Part shown: positions 23,581-36,813 of the stretch, in pieces
Numbering within the stretch: position 1 is the stretch's first letter
Layout of the letters: the number at the start of each line of letters is the position of its first letter
Assembly (NCBI GenBank): GCA_965235115.1
Contig: OZ249445.1
Span: 14,818,001-14,882,000 of the forward strand
Direction of reading: 5' to 3'
Length of the DNA: 64,000 nt
From: Laetmonice hystrix
Lineage: Eukaryota
Made by a program: the position numbers and the translations under genes
Notes under the pieces: model-generated
What the model saw: the letters and a program-made list of their open reading frames with translations, nothing else
The model's database searches: none
Told to the model about the DNA's origin: nothing

Positions 23581-24622
23581 AGATCAGGGATTCTCTGGCC
23601 CCGTGGCAGAATTTATCTCCCTCAAGCATCGACGGTCGACCCGTTCCGTCTATCAGTCCCGATGGGCAGCCTTTGTCGCATGGGCTGAGGGCCGAAGGGT
23701 TGATGTCTCCGCTCCCTCTGTTTCGTCAGTACTTTCTACTGGCCCAGTTTGACCGCGGACTGTCAGTATCGGCGGTCCGGGGGTATCGATCAGCTATTGC
23801 ATCGACGGTGTCGGACTCGGAAGGTCAGTCCTTGTTCGTCTCGCCGGAGTTGAGTGCGCTCCTGCGGAGTTTTTCCCTGCAAAGGCCGGTGGGGGCCAAC
23901 AGGGCGCCTCTGTGGAATCTGGCTTTGGTTCTGGATTCCCTAACTCAGCCTCCCTTCGAGCCGCTAGGGTCGGTGGACCTTATACACCTGACGTGGAAGG
24001 TGTTGTTCCTGGTGGCTCTAGCGTTGGGACGGAGGCGGTCTGAGTTGCATGCATTCGGCGGGGCAGCTGAATACGTGCGGTTTGGCGGCGGTATTCGGGG
24101 GTAACGCCTTAGTTCTTACCGCAGTTCATTCCTAAGAATCAGGATCCGGCGATTCCTACCCTGGCGGGTTCCTTTCCGGCTTTGTCCCCTGAGGTGGGAC
24201 AACATGATGCTGAGCGGCTCCTTTGTCCTGTGAGAGCTCTCAGATTCTACCTGACTAGGACAGCAGATCGGCGAGCGTTGTCAGAACGGTTATTTGTCTC
24301 TGATGATGACCGGGTTCGTAGAGACTTTGCGCCAGCTTCTCTGTCCCGCTGGCGATGCGAGACGGTAAGGCAAGCTTATGACACCGCCTCGCCAGATCAG
24401 TTGGCTGTCTGCCAGGTGAGGGCGCACGAGGTAAGGGCGTTGTCAGCTTCTTGGGCTCATTTTAACGGGGTAAGTGTTGGGGACATCATGAAGGCTGCTT
24501 ACTGGCGGGCGGAGTCTACGTTCACTAAGTACTACCTCCGCCAGATGTGTGGTCAACGTCTTGAGCTCTACAGTCTGGGGCCGGTGGTGGCGGCTCAGAC
24601 AGTGGTATCCGGGACGCGGTAG
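23570..24622 (+). pseudogene. DIRS ORF3: tyrosine recombinase, frameshifted
   Basis: STRSVYQSRW, GLSVSAVRGYRSAI, FLVALALGRRRSELHA, FIPKNQ, LCPVRALRFYL, AHEVRALSASWA, AAYWRAESTFTKYYL contain the R / H-x-x-R / W / Y catalytic signature. Confidence 0.93.
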
Positions 24623-24813
24623 GCGTCTACCGGGGGGAGGGGGGAGGGGGGGGAGTGCGAGTGGGATCAGAAAAGCGGAACACTCGAGGGGGAGATGTAG
24701 GACGGTGGATCGGGAAGTCCGGGGAAATAGGAACTATTCCGGACAACAGGATCCCCTTACAATAAAGAAATTTTAGGTAAATTGTTTTACCTCCTCCCAT
24801 GCTTAGCACTCGT

Positions 24814-24919
24814 ATCTCATTATGTTATTAAGTTATGAGGTAAGGGAGCGTATGACCTTAACCAATACAGTTTTAGGGATAAACTGTTTGTTAAGGAATA
24901 CGCGTACTTACCTCATAAC
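24814..24919 (+). repeat. DIRS internal complementary region (ICR)
   Basis: 24814-24863 is the reverse complement of the left end (from 19060); 24863-24919 is the reverse complement of 25113-25169. Confidence 0.95.
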
Positions 24920-24957
24920 AGTACAACCCTCCCTCCGTCCCCCCATTCTCTATTGGG

Positions 24958-25169
24958 GGTCAGACAAAAATGTGACTAGCTAGCCAGCTCAAATGGGCCG
25001 GGTGGTGACGTCATCAGGTGGGAGGGGACTGCGCGGTCACCGCGCAGCCGCAGAAGAAAAAATTTCTGACCATTGGCTAAAAGACTAGCAATAAATCTCA
25101 TTATGTTATTAAGTTATGAGGTAAGTACGCGTATTCCTTAACAAACAGTTTATCCCTAAAACTGTATTG
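24958..25169 (+). repeat. DIRS right inverted terminal repeat with 3' extension
   Basis: 24958-25125 is complementary to the left ITR; 25126-25169 is the right-end extension complementary to the ICR. Confidence 0.95.
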
Positions 25170-25747
25170 TTTTCGCGGAAATCACCATTAAATTGATGTG
25201 TAGTGGGTGGGACAGAACCACCCATTGGAGTACTCATGGTATTCCCCCCGTGGTCTGTTTAATAACGTGGAGTCAAACTGAACGCTCGGAGTGAAGTCAA
25301 AAGCACCCCCCCCCCCCCCTCCCGACTGGCATGCGGGATTATCATGTGGCTGTTTGAATACCCTGCTGGGATGATGTAAATTGACTGGCTGTCAGTTTGG
25401 TGTGGATGGACCGTTGGACCGGTGGGACCGTGACAGATGACGGTCCATGTCAGTTCTCATTCAACCTGACCGTCCTTAGCTCGACACAGTTCCAATTAAA
25501 CAGGCTCTGGGTCCGCTTACAGCCGCGGCGTGTAATTAAACTGGAGGGATGGCCGACTTTATACTCCAGGCATCGCTTATAAAAAACACTGCCAGTCGGC
25601 TTTCTTTAGTTTTATGTGCATTTTCTTAGTTATGAAAATATTATGCTGCAATACCCTCCTGTGTTTCCTTGTAAAATATATGTTGTTAAAGAAGTCTCTT
25701 GTATGTGCCAGTGAACTGACCTATGTGGATGATGTTGTGTGTTTCAG

Positions 25748-25822
25748 GACATTGGTGATGGTTGGTGGGAGGCCCGCAACCAGCAGGGCCAGGAGGGACT
25801 CATACCAGAGGCCTATGTTGAG
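25748..25822 (+). CDS. SNX9/18/33: Sorting nexin 9/18/33 family, exon (second half of SH3)
   Basis: tttcag|DIGDGWWEARNQQGQEGLIPEAYVE|gtgaga; 75 nt. Confidence 0.93.
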
Positions 25823-26052
25823 GTGAGATGCACTCTTCTCTATTTCATATATCAGTCCTTGCTTCTTTTTCTTCTTAGGCAGTCTCACTTAAGTTTATGT
25901 ACAGTTCTTTAATATATTTTTATTAACTTAATAAATTCAGTCTTGATTTTTCAGTTCATACATAATTAAAATTTGTATGCACGTCGGATTGAGGATAATT
26001 TCGTATGTCCAGTTGAATTGTTGCTAACCCAACCCCCCCTCGCCTGTTGTAG

Positions 26053-26337
26053 ATTATGTCGATGCCAGAGCCCAGCATCCCGCCGCCGCCTCCACCCACG
26101 CCATACATCGAGAACAACCAGCCATCGTCCATGCCCCAGATCCACACGCCGTCATGGCAGCCCACCCAGCCACCCTCATCATCATGGAGTCAACCTGAGC
26201 CGTCCATGCCGCCCCCAGCCGGCCCGTACTCGGTGGCGGACGGCGGGGGCAGGACCATCAAGGCCCAGGACAGTTACGAGGACTGGGATGACGACTGGGA
26301 TGATGATGACAGTAGCAGTACAACCTCGGACAGACCC
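26053..26337 (+). CDS. SNX9/18/33: Sorting nexin 9/18/33 family, exon (Pro-rich/low-complexity region with DWDDDWDD)
   Basis: tgtag|IMSMPEPS...EDWDDDWDDDDSSSTTSDRP|gtcagt; 285 nt. Confidence 0.9.
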
Positions 26338-26657
26338 GTCAGTGATCCGACTCTTTCTCTCCTAGTTCTTATCCTCCTCCACCGCCTCCCCTTTCAGCTT
26401 ATTTTGTGCGCGAAAAGGTTATGAAAAAGGAAAAATAAAAGGAGGATTTTCTTTCATGACCCCGGAAAGCAATTGAAAATATTATTTCAATCCCTCTCAA
26501 AACCGCTTTCTTGCCCCTGATATTTTTTTCACTTCTTCATCCATGATTTAACAACTTTTATTAATGGTCCTAGAATGCGATCTTGACTGAAAGCTATATA
26601 TTGATGAAGTTTGGCAGTGAATGGACTGATGAATTGATTGCTGTATGGTATTACCAG

Positions 26658-26761
26658 GGAGAACACGGCCAGGGGAACTTTGGACTGCACGCCCCCAACC
26701 GAGACAAGGGGTCGTCGGGAGGGGAGAGCAAGTTCGGCACCGTCCGCAAGTCATTCAACAG
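26658..26761 (+). CDS. SNX9/18/33: Sorting nexin 9/18/33 family, exon
   Basis: accag|GEHGQGNF...KFGTVRKSFN(R)|gtacgt; matches the family GTV-R--NRF motif. Confidence 0.9.
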
Positions 26762-29104
26762 GTACGTACCCTGCCGACGGTGGCGCCACTGGTCGTCTCG
26801 GGTCGCCGCTCGGTTAACCTTGGTTGGCAATCAATCAATCAATCAATCAATCAATGTTCTAACCAAAGGTGCGCTCCGTGGGTCCTCCCCATTGGCCTTA
26901 AGTTACGATTCTTTAGTTAATGTCTATGTCTTTTGAAATTTCTACCAGTGCTATTGCACTAATGTTGATGAGATATCAGCACTTTCTGTGAGATTTTAGA
27001 GTCAGGTCCAGACATGGCGTAATGACTTTGAGAATAAAGTAATCAGAGTACGGTACATGTAGTAGTCTACATTATGGGTGTATGAATCGATACCGTGGCC
27101 GTGGATATAATTACCCCTCCCTTGGTATTAGTCGATGTTCAGTAGCGATCCGCATACATCATGTTTAACTGCCCCCGTCTCGTACGTAATTAAAAAGTGA
27201 GGTATTATTGCAGTGAGTGACCAATCTAATTATCCTGTCATGTTTTGCCCCACAGACTGTCAGGAATTATAAATGGCAGCTATTTAGACGTAATTATGCA
27301 TATCAGCTGTAGATCATTGTTGGAAAATCTTATTATCAAGCCGTTGTGGATGATGGAAACCACTAAGTGCATTTTAGGACTTTTCGGAAGTCGTACATTA
27401 AAATAATGTGGATGTGTTCTAATGGTGTCTTTTCATAATATCAGGGACTTCAAGATTTCTTATACTTGAAGTTAATTTCTTAAGAAACCTGGATTGAGTT
27501 GGTTTACTGATGATGCATGCCCCAGAAGAATACATTTGTAAATATGAATGTACTAGAGTAAAGTATGGAAAAAGAAGAAAATGAAATCTGAGGATAGCTA
27601 TAAAAGAAACCACTTACCAGGTTTGAAATGTATCTGTACTTTAGTTGACAGTTGTCTTTTATAACGTATCTAACATTCCCTGTAGTACTAAGCCAATACT
27701 TAAGTTACATATTTAAGGACGTATAAATCTCGAGCCTGGTTCGCCGACCAAATTTCTTAGCAAAATTCAGGAAATCAACGTAAAGACATAGAAAATATCA
27801 AACCTACTAGAAACTAGTCCTCATAAAATACACGCTACCCTTGGAATATGGTGGTTGTGTTTGGTTAACATAGGAACCGGGCCCGAGTGAAAGCCTTCCC
27901 AGGGACTGCTTGTGTTAGCTGTAGGACTGACACCGCTATATAAGACTGCATGATGTCGACATAAGACGTCTGCTTCACCCTTTCCATACTCGATGATCGT
28001 AGGTTGATAAAGGATCAAATTACACACTTTACTTTCCCATCAGTTGGGATGGGAAATATTTACAAAAACGTGATATCTTGCTGCATAATGAAGATATGAA
28101 TTTGATAAGTGATTCAAAAGGTGACCGTAAACCATGACCTAATCGTGATCATCTCGTAATGTCAGACCAAAATCTGTATCAAATCTCAGGCAGGACTTAG
28201 CGGACAGGAGTAAGGCTTTCAACCGATCTCCGCTTAAAAAGGAACAATGGTGTCGCTGTATGAATGCAAACATTAACAGTTATTATTATCATTTAGTATT
28301 TTGTTCTTTTTATGTACTTGCAATGATTTGCTTGTGTTGCCTGGGAAAGCCAGTATTTTGTTTGTAGTCATGAATTCAGCACAGTTTAGAACTGCATTAT
28401 CACTCGAGCTTATTCACTTATAATTACCCTAATTAGCTAAAAAGACGAAATTGTTTGAACATTTGAAAGTCATCAGAAAGCCATCTTGAGAATTTGTTTT
28501 TGTTTTCTATTAATTGACAGAAACAGCATTCAAAATCATTGATTGATTCAGAAACTTACACAGATTGTCCTTTTGCCTGGTGAAAATGCGGCGTGAGAAT
28601 TTTCACGTTTTATTGATTTTATTCTTACTGCCTATTGTAATTTTAATAATAAACCATTGCTGACGGTACCGAGAAAATTTAGCAGGAATTGAAACTAAAG
28701 GTCTAGAGTAGAATGGAATGAGAGAAAGACTTTAACCCTTGAAGGGCCGAGTAATTGTAGGGTTAATATGACGAAAAGATAGCCAATGTTCTGCGTGCTT
28801 ACTTATCTTAAACTTTGTGCTCTCCACCTAAGCCTGGAATGAAGCATGGAAACCTAGATACATATTCCAAGACAAAGCTTGATGCTGGATGGAAGGCCGC
28901 AATATGTTATTTTTCTACATTTGACTTCACGGAGAAAACTGGCTGCAGTCCGTCCTGGTTGTTCTGATGTCCCATTGACCGACGTCCCCCGGTATCAAAG
29001 GTTCAGTTGCGACATCAGAAAACCACCGACTGGTTGCTGCAGGCTAGGTTCAAGCTTGAGACGATGGTTGATAAGCTTGAGACAATTTCTTGATATCACA
29101 AGAA

Positions 29105-29460
29105 CTGGGCCCAGTTTTTAAAAGGAAGATCAAGCAGTATCTCGAGCTTACAATACAAACACGCTGAAAATATAGACTTGCCACAGGCTCCCACAACTGA
29201 CTGTGAAAATGTTTACAAGTTTGATTTGCTACTTGATAAAATCCACTTGATATGTTGGGAACAAGTAACTTGCCATCAACTGAAGAGACTGTCTGTTGAT
29301 AAGCATTTGGTTGGTATCTTGACTACAACCTTGTAGGGCCAATGTGTGTTATTCAATAGTTACATACTTTTGGAGAGCCCTTTGCAAGTTTATATTTTCA
29401 GCATGCTCTCATTGCAAGCTTGAGAGACTGCTCAAACTTGCTTTTAAAAACTGGGCCCAG
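29105..29460. mobile_element. MITE (possibly Harbinger-like) in an SNX intron
   Basis: Perfect 20-bp terminal inverted repeat CTGGGCCCAGTTTTTAAAAG at 29105-29124 and 29441-29460; no coding content. Confidence 0.7.
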
Positions 29461-32400
29461 GTCCCTCATAGTGGTCGGTTAGGAGGTGTGGTATTGAATG
29501 CCACCAGCCGTTAACGTGAACCGAACGTGAAGGATGAAGTCGGTTGGACGCCGCTCTCAAACTTTGTCTTGGAATATGGACTCCTGCTCCTGTTGTTTGA
29601 AATGATCTCAAGATCGTTGCTGCCATGTTAACCGTTGACATGATCCAACAATGTTGCTATCATGTAACCGTTTGTCCTGTGTGTCTTTCTGCATCTAGAT
29701 CACGGAAAAGGTGTTCTAGCTATGTCTTCTGAGAGAATACTGAACAGAAACTACTGTGTGAAACCAACCTTTAATGCTTTCAGAACCAACTGCCAGTAGT
29801 GTAGGTCTTTGTCGTAATTTCATTGAACTATAATCCCACTTCATATTGAAAACATGGCAAGGATTAAATCTTATTGAAACCCGGACCATAATTGGAATTT
29901 AAGATGACATGAGTGTGTTTTATGTTAAAAAAAGGAGGAATTCATTTGGGAAAGTTGAGCTCCAGAACAGGAAATCGTTGATTCGTTAAACTGATTTCAA
30001 AGCCCCAGAGCAATAAAACCAGGAGACAATGCAACTCCTCGACTGATCTAAACTGGTAAAAGACACCATGTCCCACTTCACGAGAGTCGGACTGAGAACT
30101 CTGCAGGAAACGGATTCGATTAGTTCACTATTAAGTTGGAGACAGTTCTGCATTAGATTGTTACAAATCTAATCGAATCTCGATGAAGGTCGTCACAGGA
30201 GGTCGTTTTCATGAAACGAGAGGAGGTCGTTTTCATGAAACGAGAGGCTGACGAATCATTGCCCTGGTTAGGGTCGGGGGAAATCTGTGAAAATCGTTGT
30301 TTTTCTCAAGACGCGCCTACTTTCTACGATCAAGTAAGGGAAGCTTTTGTCGTGATTCTAAGTTACCATGACGGCCGTGTGATAATAACAATGGATGTTA
30401 ATCTTTGCTAAGTGCTGCCCCACAGCCCGGGTGAATGTTAGTAACCGAACACTGAGGGTCACTGATACATGGCTGGTAGACGATTCCACACGTCCGCTTG
30501 GGTTAGGTAAAGAAACCATAGAGAAAGAGCCCTTAGTTAAAGAAAAAGGTAAACGTATGGAATCGTCTTGAGGAGTCTTTCCTTCAAAAGGCGAGACAGA
30601 AATATAAAGTTCCGAGCTGACAAGGTTCAGACCTCCGTACAGTGTGATCAGCGTTCAGATTGTATCTGTTAACCTGATTAAATGTCGGATTAGACCACAA
30701 CGAATCGGACCGTTAGTAAAGCCAAATAAAATCATTTCCCCCTGTTAATCACAAGATTAACACAATCCCAGCTCTCTAGGGAGGGAACTGTGTTATCCAT
30801 AACAATCATTGAAATTGAAGTTTTAAATTTCGTTTCAAGTCAATTGAGTGAAACAAATTGGAACAAATCGCGATTTCTGGAAAAGTGTTATTTCTGTCTG
30901 CTGTATGCGGATGGAAGTTATTACACTCTGTGTCCTCTGTATACGTCGTCTGGGTGTAGAGTTGGATGCTCAGCTCGCTGTATATACATGTGTTTGTATG
31001 TGTGTAAATGTGTAAATGCTATGACCTTGTTGTGTACGTGCATTGTCACGGCAACTTGACCCACATGTATGTAAAGCTCGCCATGCCCTTTACTCCTTCC
31101 CCCTTGTCCCTGTGACCTGGACCGGATCGTTTTTCTGGCGGCCCTCCCTCCGTCCGTCGGTCGGGTGAGTAAACTACTTGAGGCTCTCTTCGCTTGGTTG
31201 TTGTCTCCCCACCACTGCGTGCTGTGACCTCCGACCCCGCAGACACTACCATCGGTTGTGCCGTGTTGCTGTAGTTACCACTCCTGCCAGTTGTATCACT
31301 CCTCTCCCTCCGTAGGCACCTGGAACCAGTTCTGTCAAAACTTAACTTCTTGTTTAAACTTAAGCTGGACGCTTAAGAATAAAATTAAGCAAGAAGATAA
31401 TTTTGGACAAACTGGGCCGTGTAATCAGGGAGAGCCGTAGAAATTTACGTGTGCATTGTGTGTGATCGGGTTGTATTTGATAATCGAGACGTCCTTAGGA
31501 ATTGCGCTGCGTTTGTTATCTAAGTCTGTTGGTTTTAGTTGTAATTTATGTTAGTTTTTTTTTCTTTTATTTCTATTATGATAAGTTGTGTTGGAATAAT
31601 AACAAGAAATGAAAGCTTAATCCATATGAATGTAAATTGATAAACGGATAAAACTGATTGAGAAAAATGATATGTCATAACTACGGTATTTCCTGCATTA
31701 AATCTCAAGAATATTTGATAATCCAATGTTCTTTCTCAGAATTAATTGCGTCATTCTTTGAAAATGTAAAATGAACTTTTCAAAACTATTAAACAATGGA
31801 TTTAATATATGAAGCATCCCTGTATTAATAATTTCACCTGATTGTGCACGAGGGACTGTACCCGTAATATTGGCGGGATGGCTCTGCCAGGTTATGTGAG
31901 TCTGCTTGCATGAGGAATTAAAATAAACCCATGGAGAAAGGAGGAGGTCACATTCTTGGTATTGACTAACCATGCTTGGAAAACACCGGTGCTAACAGTT
32001 TCTGTTTCACTAAAAAATGCACGGAATGTCAGGACGCCAACCACCCTCAACAAAACATACAATAGTGCTGATCACCATTCAACCTACCTTTCTTACAGAT
32101 TCCTTTTTCGCTTGGTTTTGTGGCTAATATTTCCTCCATCCCATCTTTCTCAAATGAAGTCAAATGATTTCTTTGAAATTGACATGTTAAGTCGTTAAGG
32201 TTTTCATTGCTTTAAGGGGCGGAGCGGAGATTTCAGTCCGAGCACGCCACACTGATGGAACACTTAATACCCAACGCATGCGTTAAGTCATACCCGAGTG
32301 TTCAGTGTTAACACTCCCCCCAGCAGCCTACACAGGGGCATGCACTGACAATAGAGGGTGGGGAGAATGGATAACTGGGTAATCCTAGCGGGAAATGTTG

Positions 32401-32557
32401 AAACTGCGGAGAGTTAGTTGAATGAAGACCTGCTGGTTAATTGTTGGAGAGGTTGGGGCAGGGACAGCGCCCCCTGGGGGACACAACGGATGACGTGTAC
32501 GGTGGAAGTAGGTGGTCTGATTTTCACTTAAGAATGTTTTCATTTTCTTTTTGACAG

Positions 32558-32651
32558 ATTTAACACATTCAGCAAACAAGGTGGTGACGCTTACTTGTTT
32601 GGGACGATCACGACACCTGTACCCGAGTCTGAGCAGCGCTCCATTGTGATG
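32558..32651 (+). CDS. SNX9/18/33: Sorting nexin 9/18/33 family, exon
   Basis: ttgacag|(R)FNTFSKQGGDAYLFGTITTPVPESEQRSIVM|gtgagt; phase 2 to 0. Confidence 0.92.
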
Positions 32652-33006
32652 GTGAGTATTTGTGGGCACTGGTGACAGTGAAGCTCACCCCCAAAAGGCC
32701 CGGCAATCACCTCTCTAAGATGAGATTGTATTTTTATAGCAGACCCAAACCCCTGGATTGAGCTCTCGTCAAACTGCACACCTATTCCATTAACCAGCAA
32801 AACTTGCGTCCTTTTCATCTATAAAAAAACAATTATCGATCTTCAGAAAAGTGGTACTGGGAGACTGAAAATAGACTTCTGATTAAAATAAAGTGCATTT
32901 CGATGGATGGAACTAGAAAACACAATGTGGATGTAATTTGAAGGGGGCCGCTCTGATTTTGGTGTAATCATGCGTGTAATTTTCTACTTTTTATTTGTGG
33001 TAACAG

Positions 33007-33129
33007 GAAACGCCCGACGGACCGTTCTGGAAACAGATTGATCCGTTTACATGCCTCATCGCCTCGCCAAAAAAAGAGAGCAAATTCCACGGGATGAAAA
33101 GCTACATCGCCTACCAGTTGACACCCACA
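33007..33129 (+). CDS. SNX9/18/33: Sorting nexin 9/18/33 family, exon (start of PX)
   Basis: taacag|ETPDGPFWKQIDPFTCLIASPKKESKFHGMKSYIAYQLTPT|gtgagt. Confidence 0.95.
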
Positions 33130-34139
33130 GTGAGTTGTTATGTCATCAGCCGCCAGGGGTAGAGTTAACTCGTTCTTAGAGCAAAAGTAGCAGGAGGGAA
33201 GAGGCGGGCATAAAGAAAGGATTGGAGCCATTGTCTCCCCACGGCTTAGATAACAAATCAGTTTGATCCTATTGACCCTGAAACATGTTTCTGTTGACAC
33301 CAGTCCAAAACCTGACGAATGTTATTAACACCGTGTAATAACAGTAATGGATGATGATCATCAAAAATTATTACACTGGCCAAAAAAATATACATGTAAG
33401 TTTACATATTCATGTGATTTCATGAATATGGTAAACTCTTGAGAAGTGCTACTATAGATTATTGAATTGTGATTGCATTTTGTTACCTGCATGTTTTTTT
33501 GCTGACAAATTGATGTTTGATTTGATAGCTATTTATGATAGGGTGAAACTACAAATATACACATGTAATATCTAAAGACACATAAGAATATCAGATGATG
33601 TAGATTAGCCGATTTTTGAATAAATGAAACCTATATGATCGTTAACTGATGAAAAGCGGAAAGAAAAACTTGATGTCATTGATATCATTTTGAAATAGCT
33701 AACTTAAACTTCAGCGACCTTTTTCTCGGCGACTGCTGTGCTGACTTTTGTTATGGCTTGTGTCAGTTGCTTCAAGCGATGGTCTGGATTTTAAATCCCA
33801 ATCTTTACTTTCTATACATAGTATATATCAGATGAAGTAGAATTCTAGAGCAGTGTCCTAACACAGTTGAAATTGAACTTTTGTAGTTAGAAACTATCAT
33901 GCAATATATTTTTTAAAATGCCAGCTCACATAATCAGATATATTTTTAAGACTGTAAGTAGGTCAGCATAGCCTAGTTCTTGTATGTGATTGCCTGATTT
34001 CAGTGTTACCCCTTGTGTAATATCGAGGATGTGAGTAGTACTAAACGAGAGAGGCCACCAGTCTCTATCAGCCAGCATGTTATTGTCTCTAGATGCTTAC
34101 ATAGACTGAAGTCATAGACAAGCCGGGTACCCGGCTATC

Positions 34140-34310
34140 TCCCCTCCCGGGTCCCGGCCCCCTCGGTCACCGGCCCCCCGGGGCCACGCCCCCCCCGTCA
34201 CCGGCCCCCCGGGCCACCCCCCCCGTCACTGCCCCCCGGGCCACGCCCCCCCCCCCCGTCACCGGCCCCCGGGGCCACGCCCCCCCCCCCCCCCCCCCCG
34301 GCCACCGGCC
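34140..34310. repeat. C-rich imperfect tandem repeat (about 33-40 bp units)
   Basis: CCCCGTCACCGGCCCCCCGGGGCCACGCCCCC repeated about 4 times. Confidence 0.85.
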
Positions 34311-36416
34311 TCGACCAGGCCGGGTGACTGACACAGTTGCCCGGAATGTGACGTGATTGAGCACGGGCCCAGTCTATAGCACCGTGAGGCAGAACTCCCA
34401 GCCAGTCGCTCTGATCATTAGCACTTTATCTCGCCTTTACCAAAACCTCAATGTTCCTCTGTTTTAGATAGCAATGATGTGACCAGATATCGTTTGATAT
34501 GTAGATGAATTCAGACGGTTGAATGGTGCTCGAGTTTCAGGTTTTCCCTGATATAATTATGAGGTATAGGAACCATGCGATGTGTCCAAATCAAAACTCG
34601 ACCACATCGCTCATTCAAACATACCTCTACTCTCGTCCGGATGGTTTCACTTATCATATGTTATTCCACAGAACAAACAGGTTTTAAGTTAAAACCTTGA
34701 GAGCACCTTTTGTTATTGTGTAAACTTTTTTTTTCTTTTTGCCTTTTTCCAGGGTCTTGAAGGGGTAAATGTTGTTGATATTTTGTTTATTTCCTCTTTG
34801 ATTTACATGGTCCGCACGTTGATAGCACTAAGTGACGTGGTCAAAGTCCGTGCTGCCCCCTGCTGGTGAAAGTTTACACTATAGTTAGTCCTTTGTCTGG
34901 TTTCTAAAGCTTAAGATCTCTGAGCTGTGCTCAAAGATTTTGATTGATCAGTCCTCGCTTCATAAGCTAAATGATTGTCCTAAGCACATTGGGAAATAGG
35001 ATCTTAAGTTTTCGAAAATAAAGCCAGAGTTTCCTCTGAACCTTCCAGGGTTCCTTCAGTAATAGCGTATTTATACACAGCCCAGATTTTCCAAGTCAGC
35101 GAGCATAGGTTTTAGATCTTATCACGGTTATTTACACAAAGGTTCAGAGTACTTGATAATATTCCTTTGTAACACAGAAGTTCTACAGGTTGTCTTGCAA
35201 TCAGTTGCATATAGCTTTACATCCCTGCGTTGGCTTGCATGTCCTTAGCCAGTCAGAATGCTCGTAGCATACCAAAGATGCATGGTATCTCCTGTAATAA
35301 GACAGCGTCCTGTGATGACCTTATTGGACTCAGCATGTCCGGCAGTGACAAGGACAGCAGGGTTCACAAGGAATGCACCCTGTTTGCCTCCTGATTGTTG
35401 CTATGGTTTTTAGGTTGATTATTATACTTGCATGGCAGTATGCGGAAGTACTTCCAACGCCACAAGAAAATCTTTTTATTTAAGACATATAGAATGTATA
35501 TATATTTTTTAATGATTTCTGTTAGGCAGGTATGTTTGCATGCTTGTAATTTCAATTAATGTTATGCTTTAAGTTTGATTCTTAACCACCTCAGGATGCT
35601 AGGTATTGTCCGGTTAGAGTCTTATGTTGAAAAAAAGTACCGTGGCCTGTTTTGTCTCCTGGTAACTACCGTTATATCTGAAATCGGAGAAAAGGAGGAA
35701 TAGTTGAAAGTAAATTTGTTTAAAAGACAAAAGTCAATCACTTGAATGGAAGGCTGTCAGATGCCGAGTTACAACTTTCTCCCTACAGAGGGCGCCCTCT
35801 TACATAATACGAACCCGTCTCGAGTGTTTTTTATGTTAACCACGATACAAACAGATCTTAGCCTACACAAACCGATGCCCCTTTAAAAGGACGTCGAGTA
35901 TGGTTGAGCCATCCTCTTTCAAATAATAAAAGTCGCCATAAGGCTGAGGTTGTACAGAACCTAGTACCGAAGCGAAATGGACATGTGCCACTATTTGATT
36001 AATCTGCACAACTTCTCTCCCCCCTCCCCAACCTACCTTTTTGTACATTGCTTCGAGTTGCCCTGTTAATACAAGGTTTTTAATTTCGATTGGGTTAAAT
36101 TTGATCTTGATTTTATTATAATTAATCTCTTACACTGATGGCATTTATGTTTATATCATTGTAATTTGTTTAAGACATTGTCTGAACTGCAGAAGACAGT
36201 GTTGTGAAATCAGGGTTGGATTACTTTTAGGGGCACAATTTGAGTTTATTTATTGGAAATTATTACCCATTATTTATAATGATAATTGTTATATTATTTT
36301 CGAGGATGAAATTAAGTACATTGTCTGCTATAGTTATTAAATCAATGTATTTCCTTCACACTTGCATTATGCTGGATTAGTTGTTTTGAGACCGTTTTTG
36401 TGTTTTCTTTTTACAG

Positions 36417-36531
36417 TTTAGCAACATTCAGGTATCACGGAGGTACAAACATTTTGATTGGCTACATGACCGACTGGTAGAGAAGTTTACAGTTATTGCT
36501 GTACCACCTTTACCTGACAAACAAATAGCAG
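36417..36531 (+). CDS. SNX9/18/33: Sorting nexin 9/18/33 family, exon (PX)
   Basis: ttacag|[38 protein letters not shown](G)|gtatgt. Confidence 0.97.
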
Positions 36532-36682
36532 GTATGTTTCTCTCATTTTTGAAGCTGGGTGATAGGGTTTCATGAATAACCACAAACATATTAAACGAAA
36601 GCATCAGTTCCATAGTTTAAGATGGTTTCACATTGTTTAATTGTTTCCCGTATATTATATTTTAATTGGTTGTGTTTGTCAG

Positions 36683-36813
36683 GGCGGTATGAGGAGGACT
36701 TCATCCAGGAGAGAATGCGGCAGCTTCAGTTGTGGATCGACAGAATGTGCCGCCACCCAATTGTTGCTCACTCGGAAGTCTTCCAACATTTTCTAACATG
36801 TACAGATGAAAAG
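36683..36813 (+). CDS. SNX9/18/33: Sorting nexin 9/18/33 family, exon (PX)
   Basis: tgtcag|(G)RYEEDFIQERMRQLQLWIDRMCRHPIVAHSEVFQHFLTCTDEK|gtgagc. Confidence 0.97.

Larger units (their letters stand above)
19061..25169 (+). mobile_element. DIRS1-like tyrosine-recombinase retrotransposon, full-length termini, coding-defective
   Basis: Inverted terminal repeats, an internal complementary region matching both outer ends, and gag, RT-RNaseH-MT and YR ORFs in canonical DIRS order; no target-site duplication. Confidence 0.95.

Noticed and set aside
30199-30243. 22-bp tandem duplication with palindromic CGTTTTCATGAAACG
   Set aside because: Only two copies and no context; likely a slippage duplication.
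31044-31450. Possible solo LTR starting TGTCACGG with an AATAAA
   Set aside because: No matching CA end with a convincing TSD could be defined.
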